A stretch of DNA of 64,000 bases from Podarcis erhardii (GCA_964252035.1 OZ176208.1), one strand, 5' to 3'. Positions 24,225-38,340 are shown, counted from the stretch's first letter. Numbers and translations: made by a program. The notes: generated by a model from the letters alone, not told the origin.

Positions 24225-25390
24225 TTCTAAGATTTTCAATTTGAGGTGCAATTCCTCCACTGCAGTCAAAACTTGAACTTTCTGTTGCTTGTCCATCATT
24301 TTTATCCTTCAGACTCTGATTTCAAATGACTATCTAAGCAGCATATATATCCTGAAGTATATTCTGGCACTTGTATAGTTTCAGTGTCTGTATCTTCAGG
24401 GAATATTTTTAAAAAGGTATATATATTAAAAACTGTGAGCTAGCCACATTTGTAACCTGTGTGACAGAGAAGATAAACTTCATTTTAAAAAATACAATGT
24501 GATGCCAGAAAATATAAATATACAGAATTGGTGTCTCAGAATAAGTATGTTTATGAAGTGCATGATATTTTTTAATGATGTTTGAGAAAGTTCTAAATCA
24601 ACAATAATCAATGTTACCAAATGTGGAATTATTGGTTGGTAATTCTAAAATGGTTGCTTCAGAGCAAATGGGACATACAGTGCTCTTTCTTAGAACAACA
24701 GGTGGCTGTATCAAGCTTCAAATTTTCATTTAAATCTGTTTTCTTTTCAAATGTAACCCTGTCATATGGCTGATCCATTTTGTAATCTTTCATCATTCAT
24801 TAAAGGCTTTCATACGAATTATGGGATGGCTAGATAGGATAATTAGATTGGTTGTTCAGATTCACTTGTAACTGACAGAGGCAGCAATTATACCGCTACC
24901 AGCGGACAAGCTTGTTTAATAACACAGGTATTGTGATGATTGATAGATTAACATTTTCATGGTTTATTCAACAAATCCAGTGTCTTAGTGCTACAGTAAG
25001 GAATATATTCATTCCTGAACATAATACGACTTCTAGTTAGCTGAGGAGATCTGTTCATATTGAAATGTAAAATAATTAGCTTTCATTATAAGAATATTGC
25101 ACACCAAAATGCCTGTAAGTGGTTCCTCATTTCATACATATGGAACACTGCATCTATTCTGTAGATTTAACTGTAATTGGCTTTTATTTGCCATTAAGAT
25201 GGGCTTAGAATTATTGAAGACATCCACACTTATCAAAGTATATTCCTTTTCTAATAAGAAACATGTTAACTACAAAGTTTAAATACCCTGTGCAGTGCAG
25301 CCCCCTGTGAGATTTTAGAGCAGAGTCCCTTTTGGCCCTTAGGAGCTCCTGTAGGGAATTGGATGCTTTTCTCACCTCAGAGCTCTAGGA

Positions 25391-25644
25391 CATTGGTAGG
25401 CAAACTAAGGCCCGGGGGTTGGATTTGGCCCAATCGCCTTCTAAATCCAGTCTGCGGATGGTCTGGGAATCAGCGTGTTTTTACATGGGTAGAATGTGTA
25501 CTTTTATTTAAAATGCATCTCTGGGTTATTTGTGGGGCATATAGGAATTCGTTCTTTTTTTCTTTTCCAAAATATCGTCCCACCCCCCACAAGGTCTGAG
25601 GGACAGTGGACTGGCCCCCTGCTGAAAAAGTTTGCTGACCCCTG
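25391..25644. mobile_element. hAT (Charlie-like) MITE
   Basis: TIRs cattggtaggcaaact / agtttgctgacccctg; perfect 8-bp TSD ctctagga at 25383-25390 and 25645-25652. Confidence 0.9.
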
Positions 25645-27662
25645 CTCTAGGAAGAGTGCTGTCTTTGAAGGTTATTTCTTACTATTAGTAACATAAAGAT
25701 AATGTTGGTTTTGCCCGTTTACTGGTTTATGACAATGTTGGGTGCATCAACGTGTTAGCTAGAAGAGTGTGCCATTCACATTAATTATGAAACATGCAAC
25801 AGTTGCTTGTCTGAATCCCGCCCATATTGATGTGGAAGTAAATCGTGTTTAGTTTAAGGAGACTTCCTCCCAGGTAAGTCTGCATAAGACTGTGGCCTCA
25901 ATGACTGAACACAGCCATTAGTATCAGATGCTGATATTTAAGGATTCTGAAATGCCCACTACTAACACATAACAAATCTGCACCTATTCATCTTTTTCTA
26001 TCTCCTGTACAGTAATGATATTTTTATGGTCTATTACAAAGGGTTCGGAACACAGTATGATTCATCCTCCATCCTGTCTTTTGTCCCTTGTTATGTAATG
26101 TTCTCTGTACATTGTGAACAGAGCAGGATGCCCTTATCTAGACAGCCCAGATATCTAATAAATCTACTATAATTTCTTACAGTGTTTTGATGGCCTATTT
26201 GGCAAGCCATGTCCTAAAAACAGGCCATGCTTCGTAAAAAGATATTAAAACCTTCCTCTCTCTCTAAAAATATATATAGTGTTTGCTTTACATAAACATG
26301 AAAGAAAGGTGATTTATTTCTCTACCAGTATTTTCTTGTTATGGATACTACCAAAATAAATCCCAAAGGGTTTATCCTGAGAGCCAACTTTGGCAGGTCA
26401 TATGATTGACATGTGGGTTGTCCCACCCACCTGCCACAGTTGGCCATGGGGGTGGGGGAAATAAAGATCTGGCCCACTTGCACTTCGCCAGGAAGATTCC
26501 CCACCCCCATCCACTGTAAAATAAGCCTTGGCTGCTACTTGCGGAAGTTTTCTTTTTTGATGTTGATGTGTTTCTTCCTTTTGAGCATTGTGCAAGTGAT
26601 CACCTTGCCCAAGTTTTAAACTCTGCTCCCTAATTAACTTTCCCCTCTTCCTCTGAGTGTTGAAATTTCAGGGAGATCTTCTAGGATCAGCCTTGTTTGG
26701 AGAAGCCACTCTAGCCTCATGGTGTTTAAATAATATCTGTTTATTTAAAGAGACACAGTGCCCACAGCCTGCAGCAGTGCTGTCCCCAAAACAACACAGC
26801 AACACTCATCAAGACTTCCAGCCCAGAAGCCTCTTAGCTCCAGAACACCAAACTGCTTTTTCTGTTTCATTGATGGGTCAAAAGCAGGCCATAAATACTA
26901 TGCCTTGCAGTCAGAGCTCCTTTGGGCAAGCTGACTTTAGCCCATAACTGTGACAGTTTCCAGAACACCATAGTAGCTAACGATCAGCTTAATGAGCCTT
27001 TCTGACCACAGCACATCAAGTCCACTGAGAGAAATACTTGCATAAGGCAGCATGTCTGTAATGAAATTCTAGCCCAGGAAATGGATTGCAGTGGTGTACA
27101 TGGATATGTTTTGTTGAGGATGTTATGCTGGCATTTGGGCAGCTGGGAATATAGTAGCAGTAAAGCTTGGCTTGGTGCAGATGACTTGGAGGTAATTGTA
27201 TGAGATCTCCCTGTGAGACTCTGGACAAAACTTGCATTCCCCCACCCCACCTCCAAACTGTGTGCCTGTACGTACTCCACTTCTTCTTAAAGATCATCAA
27301 AAATAATCTCACTTCTAGAGCCTCACTGTCTTATTGTGAACAAATGTGCTCTTGATTTGTGTGCTCATTCTCCCCCAGGGAGAAGCAGCATTTTAAGTTG
27401 GCATTTATTGATGATAAGACTGCCTTGTGGTTATAATGCAGCCCTCTAACTTGGCATCCTTGCTCTGCCAGATAAGTATTTTTTTTGTAACCTTCTAATA
27501 TTTATATTTGATTTCATAGTTAGTGGGTATCAACAGTACATGCAAAGAGTGCTCCCGTATTTACACCAGCCGCTTCTTTTTCTTGCCTTCCAGTCAATTA
27601 AAAATGTAGTGTCACCCTCGAATCCAAAACGTGCCCATCCAGATCTCCTTTCTTTGAGGTTT

Positions 27663-27790
27663 TAGGGTTGCCATATTTCAAACAATGAAAATCCGGACAG
27701 AAAAGTTGTTGTTTTCAGTTGAATAAATATTACATAGAATAAATATTACACATTTATACAACTTCACATTCTACAATTCATGCTCTCATT
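27663..27790. mobile_element. Possible hAT-type (Tip100/Blackjack-like) element end
   Basis: Begins tagggttgccatatttc...ccggacag; opposite end not found. Confidence 0.3.
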
Positions 27791-28102
27791 CTGGAACTGG
27801 TATCATAGTACATACTTGCCCCAGCTTTGATTTATTCAAAATAGTTGATTTTACATTTGTTCCCACCACAAATCTGTAAACAATATTTTTTTTTTTTTTT
27901 AGATGTGTAGGAAAACATGGAAAAGCTTTTTACATACAATTAGTCCAAATAATTGTTATACTGGACTAGTATAACATACTCTTTGCAAGAATTCATGAAA
28001 GTCTTGACACTTCTTTCATTCTCAAATGCCACAGTATAGTTATTTTCAGGTGTTGGTCTGTGGAAGCAGAAGTATGTGACAAATCTTAGGTAGATTCTAC
28101 TA

Positions 28103-28400
28103 GGGTGCTGGTTTTGACCTTTAAAGACCTAAGCAGCCTGAATCCAGAATAATATGTAGAGTACGCATACCCACATTCCATATAAATGCTTTTAGACATT
28201 TTGGAAGAAAACACATTTGTTATTCCTGACTTTTGTATAAACCTTCTGGTATAAGCTGGAATTGCTTTTTGAATTGCAATTTCAGTTATTGCTTGCCAAT
28301 GCAATTGTTTTTGTATTATTTTGATGCTGCTTTTATTGTCTTATGGTTATAAATCTCTTTGGAGATTATTTTCTGGGAAACTATTTTAAATATGACTTAA
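28103..28400 (+). mobile_element. Old L2 3' fragment
   Basis: gtgctggttttgacctttaaagacctaa = VLVLTFK.L as in the intact L2 (KVLVLTFKAL), followed by a T-rich 3'UTR-like tract. Confidence 0.5.
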
Positions 28401-28850
28401 ATTTGGAGTGCAGGTGTAGCAGAGTCGAGTTTTTGGACTGACATGTTCCAAAAAGTGTCACCCTCCAAACCCTTAACCTCACTAGCACTAGTCTCTTGTG
28501 GCAGCAGTCAGAAAAGGGGGTGTTTGGGGACACCTACAAAATGACATCAGATTATACTGCTAATCTGTGTACAGATTATGGTGTAGAGTGATTGCTGCGG
28601 AAAGTCTGTGCACTTTCTGGTGCCTGTGTTTGGCACTACTGCACCTCTTACATCTGCAGGAGGAGGAAGCAGACTGTAAGGTATATGGCAGCAATGGAAA
28701 AGGAGGCTAACTGGAGACAACAACTCAGATTTTGTTTTCTCTTTGGGCAGCAAAAAGGCTGCAGCTGATCCATCTTGTGCTAATACTTTTACTTGTCCTT
28801 ATTGTGCTGTGAAACACTTTGCTTTCAAGCAGTTCCCCGCATGTGGTATA

Positions 28851-29640
28851 CAGGTAACTTGCATCTTATGTAGGGGTTACATTCCTGGCCATTGCATGTA
28901 TAAGCAACATCACACAAAGCCGGAACAACCCCAAGGAAATCATTTAAAATTGTTGCACCTACCAGTGAGGGACGAATATGACTTGTGTTCTTCTTCCTCT
29001 TCTCCCTCGCTGGATAATGCTTCAGATGATATGAGAACAAGGGGGCTTGACTGGCAGCCAGAAGATGTTCTTGGCTGTGGTTCAGATCCAGAGCTGGGTT
29101 GCTTGGGCACGTCTGATACTACTGTTGTTATTGATCCTTTGTGGGGATCTTGGTGATTGGCAGCTGCCACTGTTGTCTCTTGAGCTTGTCAAGCATTTCC
29201 TTGTATGGTCTCAGAGTGTCTGTAAGCTCACCGGTGATCTTGAGGCCATGTTCCATGAAGGGGTCAAACTCCACAATCATATCTTTTGCGTGCTTTAAGA
29301 CTTGGGAAGAGCTAAGAAAATTTCTGCAGGTTCCAGCTTGCAGGCTCATGCTTACCTCCTCATCTTCCTCCTTGCATTCTGAACTTGATCAGACCAGTTC
29401 CTCCTGCTCTTCAACAGTCAACACCTGTTGGCCTTCAATTAGCTCTTCCACTCTTCATGGATGAGGCCAGCAAAGCCATCACCACCCATTTGCCTGGCCA
29501 TCTGCACAATGTCTTCCACCACAGTGGCACTGCTTGGAGATCCCTTGAAATCATGCACACATTCCTTCCACAAGTTCCGCCAGCATGCACACATAACTGC
29601 CTATTGTCCCAAACTCTTGATGCAAATCTGTTGTTCATAT
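28851..29640 (-). pseudogene. Tigger/pogo-family transposase C-terminal relic with right terminus
   Basis: Minus strand: ACWRNLWKECVHDFKGSP..VEDIVQMARQMGGDGF / EELIEGQQVLTVEEQEELV / DMIVEFDPFMEHGLKITGELTDTLRPYKEMLDKLKRQQWQLPIT, with frameshifts; terminus cagg...ggggttacattcc preceded by TA at 28849-28850. Confidence 0.8.
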
Positions 29641-32134
29641 TGTTCCCCTCAACAGAACATGGTTATCAACAAAAAGAAGCATATCCGTGGGATGTTGCTT
29701 AGAGACATGCAATTTGGAACTGAGAATCAAGCATTTTGCTGTTCAGGATTTCTTGCTGTTTTTTCTTTTAGGCCAAAGCATATCTCTTCTCTCAAGAAGG
29801 CACAGTCATCTGCCTGCTTTCAGGCTCTATAGGCATAGCAATATCTTTTACATTGCATTTTATATGATGTAAACTGCCTTGTTATATCATGTGAAAAGAC
29901 TGGGTTATAAATTTCAAATAAATAAACCCATTGCCATAATTGTGCTGGGAAAATATACAAAGCTTTCTCTTTGTATATTCATGAAATATACAGTCATTTC
30001 TGCCAAAGATCAAATGAAGAACAGTAGCCATTTTTTGCACTAATCGTATATCATCTGGCTAGCATATAATTGACAGACACTGTGTGATACTGTGGATAAT
30101 AACATTCACTTCCTTTCACACTGGCTAGCAGACATTTGTTTTAACTTGTGAATTTAGGCTGAGGCTGTTTAATTGCTTATGCTGCTTTGATGCAGACAAG
30201 CTTCTGCTTTCCTTAGGCTATTTTACAGAGATATCAATGAACCAATTCAGAGTGTACTCAAAATAATTGAATATTGCTTTAGAAATATGCAGCAACAATG
30301 AGTCAAATTTTATTTATTTATTTTTTAAAATGAACAAATCATTCATTTTCACCCTATCCATATCCTTTGGTATTGCATACTTTAGAATATTTTGTTACAT
30401 TTTAAAATAACACATTTCCTTTTCCTTAAGGACACAAGTGAGAACAGAATATATTGACAAAGAAGTGTGAAGGGAAGAAATGAGAATGATCAGGAACTGT
30501 AAAAGGCATACTAAAGGCTTTCTTGGATGTAGGTATAAAAAAACCAGCAACCGTTATCTTGTAATCACCAAAGTATTACTGAGGAGAATCTGAGTATTCT
30601 TTTTTATTTCCTATTAGCAGAGTGGATAACACTTAGGAACAAGTACCGTTGTTTTTTTAAGTATAATTAGTTTTGGGGTTAGCTGTAGCTTTTAACTGAT
30701 ATGAGATCTTATCTGTGGTTAATATTTCCTGTATCTTATTATACTTTCCTGGAACAATAGGTGGATTTATTTCTCCATTTTTCTGCAGTTTGTAACTTTG
30801 CCCCTCCCCCTAATTTTAGTAGTTACAATCAGCATGCAGTTCAGCTCCAGGCAATATTCCCCTGCTCACCCCCCCCCCCAAAATATCACCCTAAAGGGTG
30901 TAGGAACCTCCCCAAGGCATTCCATGATGGGCTACTGCAAGCTGGGGAAAATCTTCATGTACCCAAGGCCAGGCTGGTGTGTTGTGGCTAGAGCAGTGAA
31001 AAGTCTGTTCATAGACTTTGATGAAAAAGCTCTGAAGGACTGAGGTAAAATTCTACAGGGATTTGCAAAATCAAAGCAGAGTCTCAAAGTTTAAGCCTTA
31101 AGTAGAATTCAATAAGATTGTTTCATTAAAGCCAGGCGTGGATTTAGAAAAAGAAAGAGAAACACAATACTGGCAGTCTCTAGAGAAATACTCAGGGTAA
31201 TCTGCCAGAATTTTGAGGAGTAAAGTGTTCCTAAAGGCCAAAGAAGCAGCATATGGAAAAGCTTTTAATGATGTCTGATAGCACTGTTAATGCCTAGATG
31301 TTTTATGACATTTTTAATCTAACCAAAATAAATAACAGGATCCTAATTCATTTCATATTGTTAAGTTCTCCTGCTGATTGATGGGTTGAAATTCTTTATT
31401 AGCAGGGGCTGGGGAGTCAGGCACAAAATATAAACTCTTTCGCTGGACATTTTCACCATACGTTTTGGTTTGCCGCAGTGTCTGCATACAATTAAGGAAA
31501 GCCAGCCAGTTCTGAGTTCTTCGGGGCCTCTGCACAACTGACATTGATTACAGCAAAACGAGAAGAAAATTCTTGGCCTCCCTGCACAATGATAAACACA
31601 CTGGCTTAGTTCTGTGCTACGTTGGAAAGATCACAGTCAGCTGCATCTTGTCTGTGTCTGGTCTGCATTTTGAAAGGAGTCCTAATTAGCATTCAAACAG
31701 GTTCAGTGGAGCTCTGTAGTATTCTGTTAATATCTGAGTGGAAGGTTCCCATTTTAATTGCTTCATATTGTAGCCAGACATTAAACGACCAGTGTAAAAA
31801 AAGTGGGGGGGGGGGGAGGAACCCCTTTGGCTTTAATTATCCTGTTAAATTGTTAATGTGTCTGCAGCATTGTGCAGTTTGTGGCCGAAGGATGGGGTTA
31901 TAGTCTGAATTAGTATTTTCAATAAGAGGGAGGGGGTTCTTCCAGATAGGGACCTAATATTGCAAACAGGTTATTATGATATCGCGAATGGGTAGTCAAC
32001 AACAGGTTTTTGTAATTTTTTCATGGGAAGGGTAAATAGGGAGACTTTTTGGAAGCTGGCTGTGGGTTGGCATTTTGATGTTGACTATGTCATGTGGAAG
32101 CACCATAACTCCATTTAAAAGTCATATGAAAGTA

Positions 32135-32376
32135 CAGTGGTACCTTGGGTTACATATGCTTCAAGTTACAGACATTTCAGGTTACAGACTCTGCTAACCC
32201 AGAAATAGTGCTTCAGGTTAAGAACTTTGCTTCAGGATGAGAATAGAAATCGTGCTCCGGCAGCGTGGCGACAGCAGGAGGCACCATTGGCTAAAGTGGT
32301 GCTTCAGGTTAAGAACAGTTTCAGGTTAAGAACGGACCTCCGGAACGAATTAAGTACTTAACCTGAGGTACCACTG
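32135..32376 (+). mobile_element. Family A Tc1/mariner MITE, 242 bp
   Basis: TIRs cagtggtaccttgggtta / taacctgaggtaccactg; TA TSD on both sides. Confidence 0.92.
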
Positions 32377-32944
32377 TATTGCACTCATTGCACAGATTAT
32401 ATATGGATTCAAAGTGAGTTGGGAAAGTAATGGAAAAGGAGAAAAGGATAATGGAAGAATGACTTCAATTTTTTTAAAGGGAAAACTTAACTACCTAGAA
32501 GAGAAGATGTCCACTCTGACATTTCATAGTTGACAAAACAGAGTCATTTAATCATCATCATCATCCATTGTATTTATGTTGATTAGGATATTTAATTTGT
32601 TTTTCATTATTTATCTTTTATATTTTTGATAGTGAAGATTGGAAATACTTGAGTACTTTTTAAACCCTGATTTTCACACTGGGGATTGCTGGCTAGGCTA
32701 GAATTGCCACCAGTCCCAGCCAGCATGGCCAATTATTTGATATGAAATGTCTGTGAGGGTACCAGGTTGGGGAAGATTGGCCGACGCCAATGCCCCCATC
32801 TCCATAATTGTACATGGGCATATCTACCTGTTATGTGTTGCATTTTACCAGTGTGGAGATCCTTATCCCCCATAGTTTATTCCCTCTTTAAAGCTATCAT
32901 TTGCTACTAATCGTGATGACTGTATGTTACCAGCAGGATCAGAT

Positions 32945-33090
32945 GCAGCATGTCTCTGAATACCAGCTGATGGGGAATTGGCTACTTAACTGAGTGAGGC
33001 CTTGCTTATGAACTTGCCGGGGGTGTATGGCTGGCCATTGCAGGAAGCTGGATGCAGGATCAGTCTTTGGGCTGATCCAGCAGGGCGATA
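32945..33090 (+). mobile_element. Degraded CR1 3' end
   Basis: tctctgaataccag...ggctggccattgcaggaagctggatg...gggctgatccagcaggg; reverse-complement counterpart of 46090-46430. Confidence 0.55.
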
Positions 33091-34604
33091 AGAAGCTTTT
33101 ATACATAAACTTCTTTTTACCTTTTTATGGGGGGGGGGTTTAATTTATGGTTTTAAATAACCTGTGTCCCATGGCAAATAGAACCTCTATGTGATCAGAC
33201 AACGATGTTTTTGGAAATGAAGGTTTTCAGCTGAGGAACTGCCTGGAATTAGGTGGGTGGTTGCCGGGGGTCTCTTTTATGGTTATGATCAGGTTTGTAG
33301 AGCTCCTTTCCCAGACAATTGTTGCCTGGTGCTGGCACTGCTATTCTTTGAGTGCCACATTAAATCCGTCCTGTCCTCCCAACCACCTGGTGGTTTACAA
33401 GATCTATTTGCTTATTTAATTTTAACAGCTGCTGCTATTGCTGTTTTTATGCGTTTAGGCTTCTGTGTCATACTGCTTTCAGGTTTGCTTTCTATAGCAT
33501 TTTCCCGAGTCCGGGGGTGGGGGGCAGTGTTGTTATTATTGTAGTGATGACGATGATGATGATGATGATTTTGTTTTTGTTTTTAAATTGAGTTCTCAGT
33601 TGCCTTTGAGACCCAATGCAGTAGAAAGGTAAGATCAGATACCGTATATATTAAAAAACTGGAAGGAATATGAATATCGTCAATCAATACATGTGGGGAA
33701 AAGATAGGTCTATTTCTATATTGCTTTGGTTATCTGTGACTGACAGTAGTTACATGTGAGTGGGCTAGTTATCATTTTTAAGCTTATTCTGCAAGGCAGT
33801 TTTTGCTGAATCCAAATATGATTTAGAGAAGTCTACCACTTAATATTTCAGATGAACTATGCCTGTCTTACTATGTCAGATAGTAAGCTTCAGAAATCAA
33901 ACATTTCTTTCTACATTGTCTCAAACATTTTTATTTCATTCAAAAGTTTGTCCAAGAATTGACTGTTAATGTAACAGGTTTCTGATGTAAAGCTCCTAAA
34001 ATCTCCCAAGTATAATTTTCAATTCAGTGTTGTTGTTTTCAGTTTTCTCTACTGCAGCATTATAGGGTATTGAAGCATAACTTTTTGCCTGAGTTCTTAT
34101 ACACCATGTTGAGTTGTGCTATACAATCCATCTAAAGTTAGTCATGACTAGGGAAGTAAGAAGGCAGCCATTTCAGTTCTGACCTGTCACAATCAGTGCT
34201 GTTTCCATTCCACTGCAGCTCAGTTCCTGTTAAATACTATGTTAATCATCCTACTGTCTGCTATTTAACAGAATTTATGTAATTGTTTACTTAATATATG
34301 TAAGTTATGAATTTAACATAGTTAATCATTCTTCCTACACCATTCATTTCAGTGCAAAGGAAACACAATATAAATGAGGGAGAGGGAAGCCATCCATTAT
34401 GCATTGTTTCTAGACTGAAAACAACAAGAAGTTGAATTCCATTCCAAACATGGGATGAATAAGTGAGCATCAGCAATTTGTTCTTCTGTTTCCATTTTCA
34501 CTGGAATTCTGCAACATCCTTCGTCATGACTAGATCCTCTCTTTTTTTTAAGGGACCTGAGTTTCTAAAACCTTTTTGTTGGCTTCCATAGGAATTAGTG
34601 ATAA

Positions 34605-34963
34605 CTGTGGGTAAAACCTCAGTGCCTAGGACTTGCCGATCGCATGGTCAGCGGTTCGAATCCCTGCGGCGGGGTGAGCTCCCGTCGTTCGGTCCCAGCT
34701 CCTGCCCACCTAGCAGTTCGAAAGCACAATTAAGTGCAAGTAGATAAATAGGTACCGCTTTCTAGCGGGAAGGTAAATGGCGTTCCATGTGCTGCTCTGG
34801 TGCCGGTTCGCCGGAGCAGCTTCGTCACGCTGGCCACGTGACCCGGAAGTATCTGCGGACAGCGCTGGCTCCTGGCCTATAGAGTGAGATGAGCGCACAA
34901 CCCTAGAGTCTGTCAAGACTGGCCCGTACGGGCAGGGGTACCTTTACCTTTACCTTTACCTTT
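34605..34963 (+). mobile_element. Sauria SINE, slightly 5'-truncated
   Basis: gcggttcgaatccc B box, gtgcaagtagataaataggtacc core, (accttt)n tail. Confidence 0.9.
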
Positions 34964-35526
34964 TTAACTCTAGTTAGGTCGGGGCTGGTTTAATGGAGTG
35001 GTCCAAAAATTTTGCAACATTTTTCACCCACCTCTGCAGCAATACATAAGTAAATGTAGTGCAAATTACTGATCCAGTGAAACTCTCCAGTTTATGAGGT
35101 GACTGGTATGCAGAACACAGATTATGGTGCTGATTAAAAATAATAATAAAGGAAATTCTTTTTTATATGTCTTGAAAGTTCTCCAAGAAAGACAGTTACT
35201 AGTGCTAGATGGACATGATTGGGTCTGTACCTGCAAGCAATAAAACGATTCTGAATATAGTACCAAAAGATAGAATAGGAAGCATCTTGATTTCTAGAGG
35301 ATAGACTACTGAGATGTCGCTGGGTAGTGTTTGATTTACCTATCATTTCAAGCCCTCTAGAGGCATGACTAATAGGGAAACGTAAGCACATAAAGGAGGG
35401 CAGCAGGAATGAGCATGCTAGCTTCACCCCTTTCCACCACTATTTCACTTGACTTCCAACTCATGGAGTGTGAGTGTCTGTAGTGGGAAGTATTTTTGTA
35501 TCCATGGAGGCTCCCTGTGCATTTTG

Positions 35527-36679
35527 TTGTTTTTTTTATAAATATTTATTAGAATTTTTAAATATAACTGCACAAATAATAAACAATCTTATTTCTGTCA
35601 CAAGCATAATTTCATCACTTCTTTGGACTCCCTCGCATCTCCCGCTCCCATTTACATCGTTAAAAGTTTTTTCCAAACAAATTATCAACTTGTTTACAAT
35701 CTCATGTCCACTCATTCAAATATAATCTAACACTTTTTCCAAAAAAATTTATATTTTCTTTAATCTCACTTATCATCAAATTTAAATCTAATTTAGTGGT
35801 GGCCAATTTTTTATAATCTAGCATCCTTCTTAACATTCAACCAAATTACAATGTTTTTGTAGATACATCTTGAATTTCTCCCAGTCTTCCTCCATCTTCT
35901 CTTCTCCCAGATCACGGATTCTGCCAGTCATCTCGGCCAGTTGCATATAGTCCATCAGCTGCATCTGCCACTCTTCCAGTGTGGGTAGATCTTGAGTTTT
36001 CCAGTTTTTTGCGATGAGTATCCTTGCTGCCGTTGTTGCATACATAAAGAATGTTCGGTCCTTCTTTAACACCTTCTGGCCGACAATACCCAGAAGGAAG
36101 GCCTCTGGTTTCTTAGTGAAGGTATACTTAAATACCTTTTTCAGCTCATTATATATCATTTCCCAGAAGACCTTCACCTTAGGGCATGTCCACCAGAGGT
36201 GAAAGAATGTTCCTTCATTTTCTTTACATTTCCAACATTTATTATCAGACGAATGGTATATTTTGGCAAGTTTAACTGGGGTCATGTATCATCTATATAT
36301 CATTTTCATTACATTTTCCTTCAGAGCATTACATGCGGTGAAGTTCAGCCCAGTGGTCCACAACCTTTCCCAGTCCTCAAACATAATGTTATGCCCAATA
36401 TCCTGTGCCCATTTTATCATAGCCGATTTAACCATTTTGTCTTGTGTATTCCATTTTAACAGCAAGTTATACATTCTAGATAGTACCTTAGTCTTTGGTT
36501 CTAACAATTCTGTTTCTAACTTCGATTTCTCCACCTGGAACCCTAACTTTTTGTCATTTTTAAAAACTTCTTTAATCTGAGCATAATGTAACCAGTCTCG
36601 CACCTTATCCTTCATTTTCTCCAAACTCTGCAATTTCCAATTGTCTCCATCTTTTTCTAATATTTCCCAATATTTTGGC
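35527..36679 (-). mobile_element. 5'-truncated L1-clade LINE (ORF2 C-terminus, 3'UTR, A-rich tail)
   Basis: Minus-strand frame 36679-35830 has one in-frame stop (YR*YMTP at 36289-36291) and the CWKC..EGTFFHLWWTC zinc knuckle; AATAAA and A-tail; perfect 18-bp TSD ggctccctgtgcattttg at 35509-35526 and 36680-36697. Confidence 0.92.
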
Positions 36680-37633
36680 GGCTCCCTGTGCATTTTGGAG
36701 CCCTGGAAAATCAAGTTGAAAGACAGTAAGAATGTGTGGATGAAGAGAGTGTGGTCGTTGCACTACTACCATTCTCCTTATTGCATTTCCTTATTGGTAA
36801 TGCTCTCTAAAGTCATTAACAATCCTGTGCAATGCAAAATTAGAGGCTGCTGCTAATCAAAGGCCACTGGAACATCTTGTAGTCCTTTTAGCTCAAATAC
36901 AGGGATGGGTAAATGTCCCTCAGCAAGTGAGTAGGTTTCAGTTAACCACATCATCACATCCCCCCCCCCATTGTTAAATAATAAAGAAAAATGGCATTTT
37001 GAGATGTTTAGAGAAAGAACGACAGAAAAACCTATCCATTCATTGCATTTAGACACCTTTGATTCATGATTCAGTGTGATTCGTCTTGTCAGCTGCTTAA
37101 AAATTCATAGCAAACTCTGTATTAATGTCATCTAGAAATAGAAAAAGAGAAGGAGCGATGTAAGCAATAAAGCAAGCAGAGACTCTATTGTTCCCACCGA
37201 AGACGTAGCCAACATGAGGCATGATTTACAGTTAGACATTTTGTATGATCATAGCACCCTTGTACTCTTTTATCTTAAATAATAGCTTTAAATACAAGTG
37301 GTCAAATAGGAAAGGTATGTAGCACTTAAGAGTCATTACTCAATCCCTGTTTCCTACTGTTGAAATAGGCTTCCCGCAAGCTGTTGCAGGAACCTATTGC
37401 AACTCTCAGTTTCAACCTCCCTACCTAAAGTTTTCTTTGGGTTCAAGTTTGTTTCTTCCCTCAGTGGAAAACAACATGAACACATAAGAGTATGCTGCAG
37501 ATGCTTTTGTTCAATTGCCATTGCGCCTCTTTGTTGCTGTGATTCTATTGCTTTCCCTCCTCTTAAAAATTGCTGCTTTCCTTGGTTGTTGCTGTTTTTT
37601 AATGGTTGTTTCTCCTTCTTTCCAATCTGGCAG

Positions 37634-37884
37634 GTACAGAAGATGTTGTAGCAATAATGATCCCTGAGCCAAAGGGGAAAGAGATAGTGAGTCTGCTGGA
37701 GCGAAATATTACTGTGATGATGCATATAACAATTGGAACCCGAAACCTACAGAAGTACGTTAGCCGAACCTCTGTGGTATTTGTCTCCATCTCCTTCATT
37801 GTGCTGATGATTATCTCCTTGGCATGGCTAGTCTTCTACTACATTCAGAGGTTCAGATATGCGAATGCTAGAGACAGAAACCAG
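37634..37884 (+). CDS. RNF150: RNF150 coding exon 2 (end of PA domain + transmembrane helix)
   Basis: cag|GT ACA GAA...AAC CAG|gtgagt; 251 bp; encodes (G)[83 protein letters not shown], matching vertebrate RNF150 as recalled. Confidence 0.95.
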
Positions 37885-38169
37885 GTGAGTAGCTTTGCAA
37901 ATGGACATAATTTTCTCTCCCGCACTGCCCCAAGTTCCTTAAAAGGGTTTATGTCATTGTTATTTAACCTTTCCGAGCCCATAGTAATGAATTGCACTTT
38001 AAATTAACCTGTCTTTTTATTGCCAAGAAGGAAATGTTTAATATAAAGGAAAGGGGCAATGAGAGAGTCAGCTAGTACAAAAACAAAAAAACAGGGAAGA
38101 AAGACAGGTGAATTAATAGATCCTTACACAATGAAGTGCTTGTTATATTTTTCACCTGCACTAGGAACT

Positions 38170-38340
38170 GTGGAATTCCCTCCCCACAGAGATGTGTCTG
38201 GCACCTGATTCCCCTGGCCTTTGAGAACTGTTTTTAATGTTATATTTTTATATTGCTGTAATTCATCATGAGAACTTATCATGACGGGTTGTCAGAAATC
38301 TAACAAATAATAATAATACAATACAACAGCTAAGAGAATA
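38170..38340 (+). mobile_element. Old L2-like 3' fragment
   Basis: ctgtggaattccctccccacagagatgtgtctggc (LWNSLP-like), T-rich tract and (AAT)n tail. Confidence 0.4.

Noticed and set aside
37354-37799. Antisense ORFs overlapping RNF150 exon 2
   Set aside because: Shadow frames of the real exon; no independent evidence
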